Shown in pieces: positions 21,765 through 31,685 of a DNA stretch of 64,000 nt. The notes beneath the pieces are model-generated. The model did no database searches. It was not told the DNA's origin and saw only the letters and a program-made list of their open reading frames with translations. Position numbers and translations under genes: made by a program. Source of the DNA: a virus (lineage: Duplodnaviria > Caudoviricetes); the IMG/VR virus record IMGVR_UViG_3300035498_000956, one strand, 5' to 3'. The stretch's first letter is position 1. Every line of letters starts with the position of its first letter.

Positions 21765-22208
21765 ATGGAACAGTTATTGAAAAAAGTAGAAAAAGAACTC
21801 CATACTATTGGAGAAAAAGGAATTACAAACGCAAATCTTGATGCAACTTTTAAGCTAATAGATATTTATAAAGATATTAAAGAGAGTTGTTATTATGATT
21901 ATAAGACTAAAAAAGGAGAGGAAATGACTTACTCTGTTGATGAACAAGCAGGTACTTGGGAAGCAAGTGGCTCATATGGAACAAGAGAAACAAGTCCACT
22001 CCATAGTCGTATGCATAAATACACTACAAAAATAAAAAATGGCGTAGATGAATATCTTAGCGGCGAAAATCAAGAGGATAAAATTGCAGGCATTAGTGTA
22101 GTTATGGAAACTATTTGTTCATTTGTTGAGGAACTTTATGACTATGCTAGTACAGATAAAGAGAAAGAAGTTATTAAAAAACACATCCACATGATGAAAA
22201 ATTGGTAA
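21765..22208 (+). CDS. Helical hypothetical protein (cassette gene 5)
   Basis: GGAGG RBS; amphipathic helices MEQLLKKVEKEL...LIDIYKDIKE and ...EKEVIKKHIHMM. Confidence 0.8.
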   Translation: MEQLLKKVEKELHTIGEKGITNANLDATFKLIDIYKDIKESCYYDYKTKKGEEMTYSVDEQAGTWEASGSYGTRETSPLHSRMHKYTTKIKNGVDEYLSGENQEDKIAGISVVMETICSFVEELYDYASTDKEKEVIKKHIHMMKNW

Positions 22209-22212
22209 AATA

Positions 22213-22243
22213 AAAAGGAGTAGATTTTTAATCTACTCCTTTT
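22213..22243. terminator. Bidirectional terminator at the strand switch
   Basis: AAAAGGAGTAGATT-ttt-AATCTACTCCTTTT between convergent genes. Confidence 0.85.
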
Positions 22244-22245
22244 CT

Positions 22246-22971
22246 TTATATAAATTCAACCATTTGGCTTTGAGATTGAACATAATCAACATATCGTCCA
22301 ATTAAAATTGCGTCTGCTTCATCATTAGTAACGTTAATATCAAATAAAGTCTTAACCTTAATTTGTGCATTTTTCTTTTGATCTGAACGTGAGCGTCCTT
22401 TAATTTGATTGTAATTTCTCCATGTCCCAGGCGGCACAACAGAGAATGGGATTCCTTTCTCATAGGTATAATTAATCAAAACACCTTGTAATGAGGCTAA
22501 TTTTTTATAAGTAGTAACACTTTCATTTCTACCACTCTCTAATTGTTGCAATTGAATATCCTCAAAAGCAACTATATCTGGATGCCAATTTTCAATCATT
22601 GAAGCCACCCACTGTTTCGTTTTACTAACTCGTTCCGTATGATTATTTCCTTCCGATTGCCATTTTCCGTACTTTATGAGATGGCCTGAATCATACACAC
22701 TCCATCCACTAGTAATTGTTGCTTGATCAAAAGCTAATACTCTAAAACCTGTTTTTTTAACGGGGCGGCAATCTACGCTAAAATGAGGATTCTGTGAGCA
22801 GAGCGGACAGATTGGTTTTCTTCTCCATTTATCAAGAGATAGGAACACAGAATGATCATTAGGGCATTTAAATTCCATCTCACTTTTTAGGTTCAAATAA
22901 GTGGTTGAGATTAAATCCCAACCACTACTTACTACCTCCTGTTTTACATCATCATATTTTAATTTACTCAT
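22246..22971 (-). CDS. ruvC: RuvC-like Holliday junction resolvase with N-terminal zinc ribbon
   Basis: VLAFDQATITSGWSV, VAFED, NDEADAILIG; N-terminal CPNDH...CPLC. Confidence 0.8.
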   Translation of the reverse strand: MSKLKYDDVKQEVVSSGWDLISTTYLNLKSEMEFKCPNDHSVFLSLDKWRRKPICPLCSQNPHFSVDCRPVKKTGFRVLAFDQATITSGWSVYDSGHLIKYGKWQSEGNNHTERVSKTKQWVASMIENWHPDIVAFEDIQLQQLESGRNESVTTYKKLASLQGVLINYTYEKGIPFSVVPPGTWRNYNQIKGRSRSDQKKNAQIKVKTLFDINVTNDEADAILIGRYVDYVQSQSQMVEFI

Positions 22972-23744
22972 TATTTACCACTAGAACCAAAGCCGCCTTC
23001 TCCTCTATTTGTATCATCTAATTCATTTACTTCAATGAAATTAGCGATTGGAACTTCGTTTAGTACTAGTTGAGCAATTCTATCGCCTTTATTAATTGTA
23101 TAATCTTCAGAACCAATATTATCAAAAATAACACCAATTTCGCCGCGATAATTGCTATCAATAGTACCAACACCATTAGCAATTCTCAACTTTGTTTTAG
23201 CCGCCATACCGCTTCTGCTTCTTACTTGAATTTCATAACCAATAGGAATAGCAACCTTTAAACCAGTAGGAACAATCACTGTTTCGCCCGCTGGAATAGT
23301 AACTTCACTTGGTGCATAAACGTCCATACCAGCATCTCCATCATGAGCATAAGTTGGAATTACTGCGTCTGGATTACTCTTAACAATTTGTATATCAATT
23401 CTCTTTGATGGATTTTGCATATAGTCTAATGCTTGTGCAGAAGATGATTGTACAATGTATATGAGCAATTCTTTCTTTAGGTCAGAAAGACTATCATCAC
23501 CATTAATCTCATCAAGAATTGTATCAATACCTTTTTGCTCATTTTCTATTGAACTATGAGGAGTAATTATAATTTGTTGTCTTAATGATTCTTTAAATTC
23601 AACTGAATTAAAAGTTTCTGCAAATATATTCTTTATAGATGGATAACTTATCTCAAACTGTTTATCATCTAGCTCTATAAGCTTAACAAAATCATCTCCA
23701 CCATTACCTAATGCTACTAAAAATTCTCTTAAATTATCAGTCAT
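22971..23744 (-). CDS. dut: Trimeric dUTPase with ~110-aa N-terminal extension
   Basis: DAGMD, RSRSG, GTIDSNYRGEI, GDRIAQL, RGEGGFGSSG. Confidence 0.95.
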   Translation of the reverse strand: MTDNLREFLVALGNGGDDFVKLIELDDKQFEISYPSIKNIFAETFNSVEFKESLRQQIIITPHSSIENEQKGIDTILDEINGDDSLSDLKKELLIYIVQSSSAQALDYMQNPSKRIDIQIVKSNPDAVIPTYAHDGDAGMDVYAPSEVTIPAGETVIVPTGLKVAIPIGYEIQVRSRSGMAAKTKLRIANGVGTIDSNYRGEIGVIFDNIGSEDYTINKGDRIAQLVLNEVPIANFIEVNELDDTNRGEGGFGSSGK

Positions 23745-23758
23745 ATTTTAATCCTCCA

Positions 23759-24490
23759 TTATATTAAACTTGTTGCAATTTCATCTATAATGCCATATTG
23801 AATGGCTTCTTCAGCCGTAAACCAATAGTCATCTTTACGAATCTTATCATAAAACTCTTCATCTATCTTTGTCTTATTTAGAACGTGCTTACGAATTTTC
23901 TTTAATAGAATCTTATAATGTTCTCCATGTTCATTAAATTTATGAGCGTCTCCTTCATATGTGCAAGAACCCTCATGGAATAAGAAAGATGAATGTGGAA
24001 AAGCATAACGTTTATGGCCGCTAATGCCAATAAAAAATCCACCACTAAATCCATTTCCTATTGTTATAGTGTGTACAGGAGTTTTAGATAATCCAATTGT
24101 ATCTATAATTGATAGTGTTGCATATAAATCGCCGCCAGGGGTATCAATATAAATCTTAATTGGGATTCTATCTGCCACTGGTATCTCATCCATTTCATCA
24201 GCTAAGTTCCAAAATTTAATTGAATTAAATATTAGTGTAGCGTGTTCTGGTGTAATTTCTTGATTTAAATATAGACATCTTTCTAAGAAATCAACTGCTT
24301 CATAAGCTTTTTCTGTATCTTGTAATTTTTCATTTGATAAAATCTCATCTAAAAATCCACCCAATTGAGGAATTTCTTCTTCAGCAATTTCATCATAAAT
24401 TTCAGCAATTTGATTTAAAATTACTTCAAGTGGCTTTAGTTTACCATTATCATCTAAAAAATTAATTTCATTCATTACTTCATTACTCAT
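23759..24490 (-). CDS. clpP: ClpP-like protease
   Basis: IKIYIDTPGGD, GFSGG (catalytic Ser), FLFHEG, DYWFTAEEAIQYGIIDEI; start moved to ATG 24490 behind AGGAGG. Confidence 0.88.
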   Translation of the reverse strand: MSNEVMNEINFLDDNGKLKPLEVILNQIAEIYDEIAEEEIPQLGGFLDEILSNEKLQDTEKAYEAVDFLERCLYLNQEITPEHATLIFNSIKFWNLADEMDEIPVADRIPIKIYIDTPGGDLYATLSIIDTIGLSKTPVHTITIGNGFSGGFFIGISGHKRYAFPHSSFLFHEGSCTYEGDAHKFNEHGEHYKILLKKIRKHVLNKTKIDEEFYDKIRKDDYWFTAEEAIQYGIIDEIATSLI

Positions 24491-24683
24491 TTGTTTCCTC
24501 CTTTTGACAATACTCACATTTTCCATTTTTATAACTATGTGGGCAGCCATTTCTAATTATATTTAATTGAGTTGTTAATTGTTCAATCTTAGGTTGATAA
24601 GTAAAAGTTCCTCCATGAACTAAATTATTTAACTCATTTATTATATCCTTCACTTGAGTTTGAATTTCAAAGGTTGTTAACAT
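24483..24683 (-). CDS. Small hypothetical protein with C-terminal zinc-finger-like motif
   Basis: CPH...CEYC; AGGAGG RBS; overlaps the clpP start. Confidence 0.7.
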   Translation of the reverse strand: MLTTFEIQTQVKDIINELNNLVHGGTFTYQPKIEQLTTQLNIIRNGCPHSYKNGKCEYCQKEETNE

Positions 24684-24694
24684 TTAAATACCTC

Positions 24695-25621
24695 CTATCT
24701 ATATGGATTTGATTTTAATAATAATCTAATATCTTTTTTGTCTTGTAAAATTTTTTCAATGAAATTATACTCCTTATTATTATTTTCATAAAATTTATAA
24801 AATGAAACTTTTTCTTTTGATAAGAACCAATCCCATATTAATTTTATAAATTTCATTTCATTATTTGGTGGTTGATAAATTTTTTCATATCTAAGAGTTT
24901 TATTATTTTTAATACTATAGTAGATATTATTAACATATTGATTAAGAAAAGTAATAAAATCTTTTTGTGTAAAATCAGGGTATGAAAAAATTAATCTATC
25001 TAAATCGATAAATTCCTTAAAGAACTCATCAGTATAATCAAATTCAACTACGATGTTGTTTCTATTAGCAGTTGCTATTGAATACCATTGTAAAAATGTT
25101 TCTAAATCTTTCGCCGCGGTTCTATGTAAGAAAATTAAATTATGATGTGTTTTTAATTCTTGACATAAATCCCAGCCATTTACATATAATGGATTGATAT
25201 CTACAATATAAATACTCCTTTTGCTTTCTTTATATCCAGTCAAATCTTGATTTTCTAATCTTATTATACCATGTTTTTCAACTTTAGTCAATATCTTCGG
25301 CGGCTTATTAAGTAGAGAATAAACTAGATAATTAGGTGAATATGGTTGATATTCAATAGGTAATGGTTGAAAAGCTTTTATGATACCTTGCCCATATGTT
25401 ATTACGTTATCTTGCGCCAAAATCGTTTTTTGAAATTTTGTATTAAAATAATTTTTAAAGTACCATATTTGATTATATCTACCTAGCTCTTCCTTTTCAG
25501 GATATTGAATCAGTTTTACTATATCTCCTTTTGAGTGATGAAAGTTAAAAACTTTCATCATCTCAAGGTTTGGGACATAATTTGGATATGATAAATCTTG
25601 GTCATATAAACCTACTACCAT
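24695..25621 (-). CDS. Hypothetical protein, N-terminus like phage radical-SAM-associated proteins
   Basis: VGLYDQD...PNLEMMKVFNFHHSKGDIV; no CxxxCxxC motif. Confidence 0.6.
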   Translation of the reverse strand: MVVGLYDQDLSYPNYVPNLEMMKVFNFHHSKGDIVKLIQYPEKEELGRYNQIWYFKNYFNTKFQKTILAQDNVITYGQGIIKAFQPLPIEYQPYSPNYLVYSLLNKPPKILTKVEKHGIIRLENQDLTGYKESKRSIYIVDINPLYVNGWDLCQELKTHHNLIFLHRTAAKDLETFLQWYSIATANRNNIVVEFDYTDEFFKEFIDLDRLIFSYPDFTQKDFITFLNQYVNNIYYSIKNNKTLRYEKIYQPPNNEMKFIKLIWDWFLSKEKVSFYKFYENNNKEYNFIEKILQDKKDIRLLLKSNPYR

Positions 25622-28600
25622 TATAAATCCTCCTCTTCAATTCTTTCTGTTGATGATTGAATGATAATTCCTTTTTCGCTTAGCTCATCTATCTTTTCAA
25701 ATAATGGATATTCAGTGTTTTTATATTTTTTAGGAATGAAATCATCTCCTCTTCTAATACCAGTTATAATTAACTTAGTTCCTCTTGTAAACCATGATTT
25801 TTCAATTACGTGTTTTACTCCTTCGCTATCTCTTTGAGATATTTGTTTATCCCATTGTGCAAATTGATTTTTCCAAACTTTTACTGTAACAACACCAGTA
25901 GTTGTTAATAATGTAACTGAACTTTTATTTTTATCTTTATCGATAACTGTTCCAGCTATACGTACAATTTTATATAATGTAATGACATCACCATTTTTAT
26001 TTTGAATTTTTGTTTCAACTATTGGACTTTCAGGTAATTTGTTAAAATTAACTACATGATATAAACCATTCTGTAATGAATCTAGTTCATGAGCATGATA
26101 GTAGAATCCTAAGCTATCCATTTCCCACTTTGAAATTGATCCCTCTGTATATTTTTCTGCTACGTCATTTAATAATGATTGATTTAAATCATTCAATATT
26201 TGCTCTTGATTGGCTTTCATCCACACTCTTACTTTTTCCATTCCTCTTTTATATATTCCATCCCATATTGATTGTTTTATATAAGCTGTTTGAACATTAT
26301 TTTCAACTGTTAATTGCTCAAGTAAATTAATGTCATAATTTTCAGAGAAAAATCTCATAGCATTATTATCTAATTTATAATAATCATCATGTTTTGATTT
26401 TTTAATATATTTATTGAAGTTAAATAATCTTCTTTCAAAATCTAATTCTTGAGGAATCATATTTTTTGCAATCAACATTTGCATATTCTGCAATGTAATT
26501 CTTTTCTTTTTATCTGCAATTAATTCTAAATACATATCCATGATTTCATTACGATTTTGATTTTTATAAAGCTCATCAAAAACTCCCGCTTTTATCAGAC
26601 TAATCATTTGAACTTTATTAATTTTAACTTTCTCAAGAAAATCTTCTATTGAATCAAAAGGACGATTGTTAAATATATCTAATACCAATTGAGTGCCAAT
26701 TCTATTAATACCTTTCATTCCATAGATAATTGCATTTCTGTCTTTATCTGGTTTAAAAATTAAATCTGATTTATTAATATCAGGAGGAAGAACATTAATA
26801 TTCTTTGACTTTGATTCGCCAATCGCCGCACTAATTTTACCATAGTTAACTGATTTATTTTTCTTTTTATCATCTTCTTCATTTATATCATCTATTTCTA
26901 ATAAATCTGCACCGCCAGCATTAACAATTAAACAAGCACAATTCCAATATATTGATGGATAATTTGTTGCTAAATAAAGAGTTTGAATACCAACAAAACT
27001 ATAAGCGAGAGCATGAGGTTTTGCAAACGCATATGACATTTGTGGCATCATTACTGTATCCCATACATACTGACCCAAACATTCATTTGGACATTGTGTT
27101 AAGAATTTCTTTTTTAATTCAGGCACTTTTTTAATATCTTTTTTTGCAACTACTTTTCTTGCCATATTTGCTTCTGCTAATGTAAAGTGAGCAATATTTT
27201 CATCCATACATACTTCCATTAAATCCTCTTGGGAGGCTGGAACTCCATAATTTTCTAAATAATAAGGCTCTAATAATTTAATCTCGTCTTCGCTTAATCC
27301 TCGCTCTCTAACTTCTTTATACCATAAATCCATATTATTTCTTAATCTACAATATCTATCCAATGGACGTTCTTTATCTTTCTCTCCCATTAATCTCATT
27401 AATGCATTTGCTGATGTTAACTCTATAGGATTTCTTGGCTTAACTTGTTTTGCTGTTGCTAATCCAACACCAGTACTAAATTGGAACACATCTAATACTT
27501 CGCCGTTACCAAGCGCATCCCATAATCTTTGATCTTCTAAATCTAGAACGCTAGGATGAAGATATTGATTGTAGATTTGGCGCAAAGATTGATTATTTGG
27601 AATTACATTATCTTTCTGCATTAATTCTATACAAGTTGTAATCTTATCACAAATTTCTGTTACCAATATATCATATTTTACATCGCCCATTTTTTCTGCA
27701 TCATGTAATGAAAATTGAGTTGTTAAATCTCCGTTTGGACTTCTCATTAATGCACCAGTTTCATATGGGTTATTATTATACATGATAACACCACTTGCGT
27801 GTTGACCTCTTTTATTAACTAATCCTTCTATTGATTCTATTATATTTAATAGTCCAGGGTACTTATTTACTTCATTTACAAATGCTAAAATTGGTTTTCT
27901 ATCTTTTTCTTCATTTCCATAGACAACATCATGAATGCTCCATAAGAATCCTCTCTCTTGAGGAATTAATCCACTTAAATATTGAGTTGTTTCCACCTCT
28001 AATCCATTTGGATATATTTCTGAACGATAACCTCTTCCTGCCGCGGCGATTGCTGAACGAGTACCTTCTGTACCAAAAGTACAGACTTGTACTACGTTAA
28101 TTTCTCCACGTTCTTCTCTAATTGCTTCAAAAATCTTTTTTCTTTTACTTGGACTGACATCTGTATCAACGTCGGGCAATTCTAATCTTTCTTTATTTAA
28201 GAATCTCCATTCCTTTAATTTCCAAACAATAGGATCTAATTGCGTGATGCCTAAAAGATAGTTAGATAAGAAACAAACGCTTGAACCTCTTCCAGGCCCT
28301 ACGATTGAACCACATTCCCAAAATAAATCAATATAATGTTTATAAGTGTTAAAATATTTAAACAAAATATCATTTAATTTATCTCCTACTGTTTTGATTA
28401 TATCTGCTTCAATTTCTAAACGATTTAAATAAGTTTCATTATATAAACCTTTTTCATTTAATCCATTAATACATTCATTTAACCAATATCTTTCTTGTTC
28501 ATTATCACTTTGAGATAAATAAGTTAAAATTGGATATTGAGATAAATTAAAGTCTTTTTTAGGATAATTTATAACTGCAATCTCAGGAATAATTGAAGTA

Positions 28601-29538
28601 TGTTCTAATGAAAAATGTTCAATTTTATTATAAATTTCCATTGAATTATTACAAATCTCAACAAACTCATCAATAGAGAAAAAATCTTTTAAATTTTCAT
28701 AAGCCTCCTCATTATCCATCATGTGAGCATCTTTATAAAATTCATCTACTTCTCTTTCTCCTTCTTTAGAGTTTAAATATGCTTTATGAACTGGGCGCTC
28801 TTTAGATGTTAAATAATGTGCATCTGAGCCAATGATAATTTTACGTTTATAACATTGTGCAATACTTTTTATTCTACTATTAAAAATTCTTTGTTCTTTT
28901 GATGTTCCCGCGGCGATTTCAATGTAAAAATCGTCTTGAAATAAGTCAATATTCCAACGTATATACTCGTCAATTTCTTTCTTGTACTGAAGAATTAATT
29001 CTTTATCGTCTTGATTTTCAGCTTTAACTAATTTTAATACTCTATCGTCAAGAAAATTTCCTAAACAAGCACTGGATGCAATTAAACTGTGTGGATATTT
29101 TTTTAATATTTGTTCTAGTTCTTTCTTTTCTGTTGGTACTCTTGTCATACCACGAGATGAAAAACTATTATACCATGCTATTGAACTTAATTCTCTTAAT
29201 GCTCTATGCCCTTCTTTATTCTTTGCTATTAAAATATAGTGCCAATATTTTTCAATATTTGTTCTATCATCAACTAAATAAATCTCATTTCCACAAGCAC
29301 ATTTAAAATCTTGAGATATAATTCCGTCTTTTTTTAATTGTTCTTCTGCTTGTAACCATTTTAAATGACCACATAAGCATTCATGGTCAGTTAATGCTAA
29401 ACCTTTCATACCTAATTGATAAGCAGTTTTTATCATATCAGGGATTTTATTAATTGAATCAATTAAACGGATATTTGAATACTCACTATGGGAATGATTA
29501 TCAAATCTTGCGATTTCATTAAGACTATTCATATCCAT
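25621..29538 (-). CDS. dnaE: DNA polymerase III alpha subunit
   Basis: PHP HSHSEYS...ALTDHE; GPGRGS; LPDVDTD; GQHASGV; SYAFAKPHA; PPDINKS. Confidence 0.96.
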   Translation of the reverse strand: MDMNSLNEIARFDNHSHSEYSNIRLIDSINKIPDMIKTAYQLGMKGLALTDHECLCGHLKWLQAEEQLKKDGIISQDFKCACGNEIYLVDDRTNIEKYWHYILIAKNKEGHRALRELSSIAWYNSFSSRGMTRVPTEKKELEQILKKYPHSLIASSACLGNFLDDRVLKLVKAENQDDKELILQYKKEIDEYIRWNIDLFQDDFYIEIAAGTSKEQRIFNSRIKSIAQCYKRKIIIGSDAHYLTSKERPVHKAYLNSKEGEREVDEFYKDAHMMDNEEAYENLKDFFSIDEFVEICNNSMEIYNKIEHFSLEHTSIIPEIAVINYPKKDFNLSQYPILTYLSQSDNEQERYWLNECINGLNEKGLYNETYLNRLEIEADIIKTVGDKLNDILFKYFNTYKHYIDLFWECGSIVGPGRGSSVCFLSNYLLGITQLDPIVWKLKEWRFLNKERLELPDVDTDVSPSKRKKIFEAIREERGEINVVQVCTFGTEGTRSAIAAAGRGYRSEIYPNGLEVETTQYLSGLIPQERGFLWSIHDVVYGNEEKDRKPILAFVNEVNKYPGLLNIIESIEGLVNKRGQHASGVIMYNNNPYETGALMRSPNGDLTTQFSLHDAEKMGDVKYDILVTEICDKITTCIELMQKDNVIPNNQSLRQIYNQYLHPSVLDLEDQRLWDALGNGEVLDVFQFSTGVGLATAKQVKPRNPIELTSANALMRLMGEKDKERPLDRYCRLRNNMDLWYKEVRERGLSEDEIKLLEPYYLENYGVPASQEDLMEVCMDENIAHFTLAEANMARKVVAKKDIKKVPELKKKFLTQCPNECLGQYVWDTVMMPQMSYAFAKPHALAYSFVGIQTLYLATNYPSIYWNCACLIVNAGGADLLEIDDINEEDDKKKNKSVNYGKISAAIGESKSKNINVLPPDINKSDLIFKPDKDRNAIIYGMKGINRIGTQLVLDIFNNRPFDSIEDFLEKVKINKVQMISLIKAGVFDELYKNQNRNEIMDMYLELIADKKKRITLQNMQMLIAKNMIPQELDFERRLFNFNKYIKKSKHDDYYKLDNNAMRFFSENYDINLLEQLTVENNVQTAYIKQSIWDGIYKRGMEKVRVWMKANQEQILNDLNQSLLNDVAEKYTEGSISKWEMDSLGFYYHAHELDSLQNGLYHVVNFNKLPESPIVETKIQNKNGDVITLYKIVRIAGTVIDKDKNKSSVTLLTTTGVVTVKVWKNQFAQWDKQISQRDSEGVKHVIEKSWFTRGTKLIITGIRRGDDFIPKKYKNTEYPLFEKIDELSEKGIIIQSSTERIEEEDL

Positions 29539-29636
29539 CCTCCATTTCTTTATTTACTATAAATATTATATCATATTCTATAAAAAAAGACAAGATAATT
29601 TTTATTTTTAAATTATCTTGTCTTTTCTCCTTTCTT

Positions 29637-29861
29637 TTAATTATATTTTTTTCTTACTGATGTAACCCAATATTGATCAATTATTTCTCCTTTTGATTTC
29701 TTTTCTTTTTTAACAGAACCATATGATACTAATTCATATCCCTCCTTAAAAGAATTTTCTTTAATTTGCTCAATAAACTTCGTAACCATTTCCTCTGAAT
29801 CAATTCTATACTTTTCTGTTCTCTCTAAAAGTTCTGCTCCAATAATCATATTCTCTTCCAT
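29637..29861 (-). CDS. Hypothetical protein
   Basis: AGGAGG RBS and own sigma-A promoter. Confidence 0.7.
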   Translation of the reverse strand: MEENMIIGAELLERTEKYRIDSEEMVTKFIEQIKENSFKEGYELVSYGSVKKEKKSKGEIIDQYWVTSVRKKYN

Positions 29862-29935
29862 ATTAAATCCTCCTGAGGTCTTTTCTCATTTTCTATATAT
29901 ATTATATCATACTTTCTGGTAAAAATCAATAGGAA

Positions 29936-31681
29936 TTAGAAATCTAAATTAGAAATTTCTTTAAACTCCATATTTTCTATTAATATTTGAGGTGTACTCA
30001 CACCATTCCAATTGTTTATATTTGGTTTACCTACAACAGTAGCATTGAATGCACCATTCATCTGCTGAATTTTCTCTATTGTATCTGTTGCTTTAAATTG
30101 AATATAAGTGGTATTATTAAATGTAAATTTAAGTGTATCAGCATTTTTACCAATCACATCATACTTTTCTATAGGAACGTTCTCGATCAAAATTAATCCT
30201 TCAGGATTGCCTTGTCCCCATAGATTTGATGCTTCACCTAATTCTAATATCATCTTTTTTAATTTAGCAGAATTACCATTAACTATATAGTCCACTTCAT
30301 AAAAACCACTATTAAAATCAATAGACTCTAGTTCTTTATTTGCATATTGAATTAACTTATTAATTTGTGAAGTTTTTATTCCAAATCCTGCCGCATTTTT
30401 ATGTCCCTCTACATATTCCATATAATTACTTGAATCTAAAAATGCTTTAAAATCTTGCAATTCACTATCATTTAATCCTCTCATTGAGCCGCGGAAATAG
30501 CCATCAGAACATTGTCTACCTAATAATGTTGGTTTTTTATGAGTTGCGGCGATATTCATTGCCATTAATCCAGTTAATGTTGTACTTGTATGTAAATCAG
30601 AAGCATCTACAACTAAAATTTTATTTTCATCTAAGTTATTATTAAAAATTTGAATCTCTAAAGCTTCAATTCCTTTTTCCTTTTCTCTATTTTGTCTAGC
30701 TCTAGCATTAACACAATTTCGGGCGCTTTGTTCAGCTAAACATTCAAATTGACCAGCTTTTGCACCACGCTTTGTGGACTGAACCATTTTATCTCCATCT
30801 ACAAATGCTTCAAACAAAATTTCCTTTTCTCGCATACTACCAACTCTAATAAGAGCATTTACTATTGGTGTTATATAAAAACTTATGTCATTTGGTGTTA
30901 AATTTGAAGTATTACCAATAGAGAAAGATTGTTTTTCAATTAATTCTCTTAATGCAGGATTATTAATATGGCTTAAACCCCAGGCATTAATAAAACGATT
31001 TTCTAATGTTGTAACTTGTGCCATATCACCTATTGATCCTACTGCCGCAAGATCAAGATAATAATCTGCATTGTCAATTCCCAATTTTTCATCAAGTACA
31101 CAAAGGAATTTATATACGACACTCGCGCCTGTTAGCTGTTTATTTGGATAATTTTGACTCAATTGATTATTTATAACAATAGCATCTTCACTATAATGTG
31201 GAGCTTCGTGGTGATCAAGTACTAATATATCATATCCAGCCTCTTTTAAAATTTTATGATATTCATAATCATTACTTGAAGAGTCTGGTAATATTATTAA
31301 ATCAAATTGCTTAGAATCTTGTAAATCTTCCATTTGATCTTCTAGACCATGTTGTTTGCCTTCATGGAGTTTATAAGATAAACTCGTATCAGGTTTATAC
31401 TTCTTAATATAATTCCATAAAGCAGATGCAGATGTTATGCCGTCTTGGTCACAGTCTTGAATAATAAGAATTTTACTATCATTATTCAAATGCTTAATTA
31501 ATAAATCAGCACCTTCACCAATATTATCCAACAAATATGGATCTAGTAAATTTTCTTTAGAGGGATATAAAAATTGTTTAAATTCCTCTTCTGAATTATT
31601 AATGATACCTCTATCAACTAATAAATTAAAAAGAAAGTTATCATTAACATCTTGTCTAACTTTTTTTTGTATATATTGCAT
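29936..31681 (-). CDS. recJ: RecJ-like ssDNA exonuclease (DHH family)
   Basis: QDCDQDGITS, VLDHHE, GSMRG, GHKNAAG. Confidence 0.93.
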   Translation of the reverse strand: MQYIQKKVRQDVNDNFLFNLLVDRGIINNSEEEFKQFLYPSKENLLDPYLLDNIGEGADLLIKHLNNDSKILIIQDCDQDGITSASALWNYIKKYKPDTSLSYKLHEGKQHGLEDQMEDLQDSKQFDLIILPDSSSNDYEYHKILKEAGYDILVLDHHEAPHYSEDAIVINNQLSQNYPNKQLTGASVVYKFLCVLDEKLGIDNADYYLDLAAVGSIGDMAQVTTLENRFINAWGLSHINNPALRELIEKQSFSIGNTSNLTPNDISFYITPIVNALIRVGSMREKEILFEAFVDGDKMVQSTKRGAKAGQFECLAEQSARNCVNARARQNREKEKGIEALEIQIFNNNLDENKILVVDASDLHTSTTLTGLMAMNIAATHKKPTLLGRQCSDGYFRGSMRGLNDSELQDFKAFLDSSNYMEYVEGHKNAAGFGIKTSQINKLIQYANKELESIDFNSGFYEVDYIVNGNSAKLKKMILELGEASNLWGQGNPEGLILIENVPIEKYDVIGKNADTLKFTFNNTTYIQFKATDTIEKIQQMNGAFNATVVGKPNINNWNGVSTPQILIENMEFKEISNLDF

Positions 31682-31685
31682 TTAA

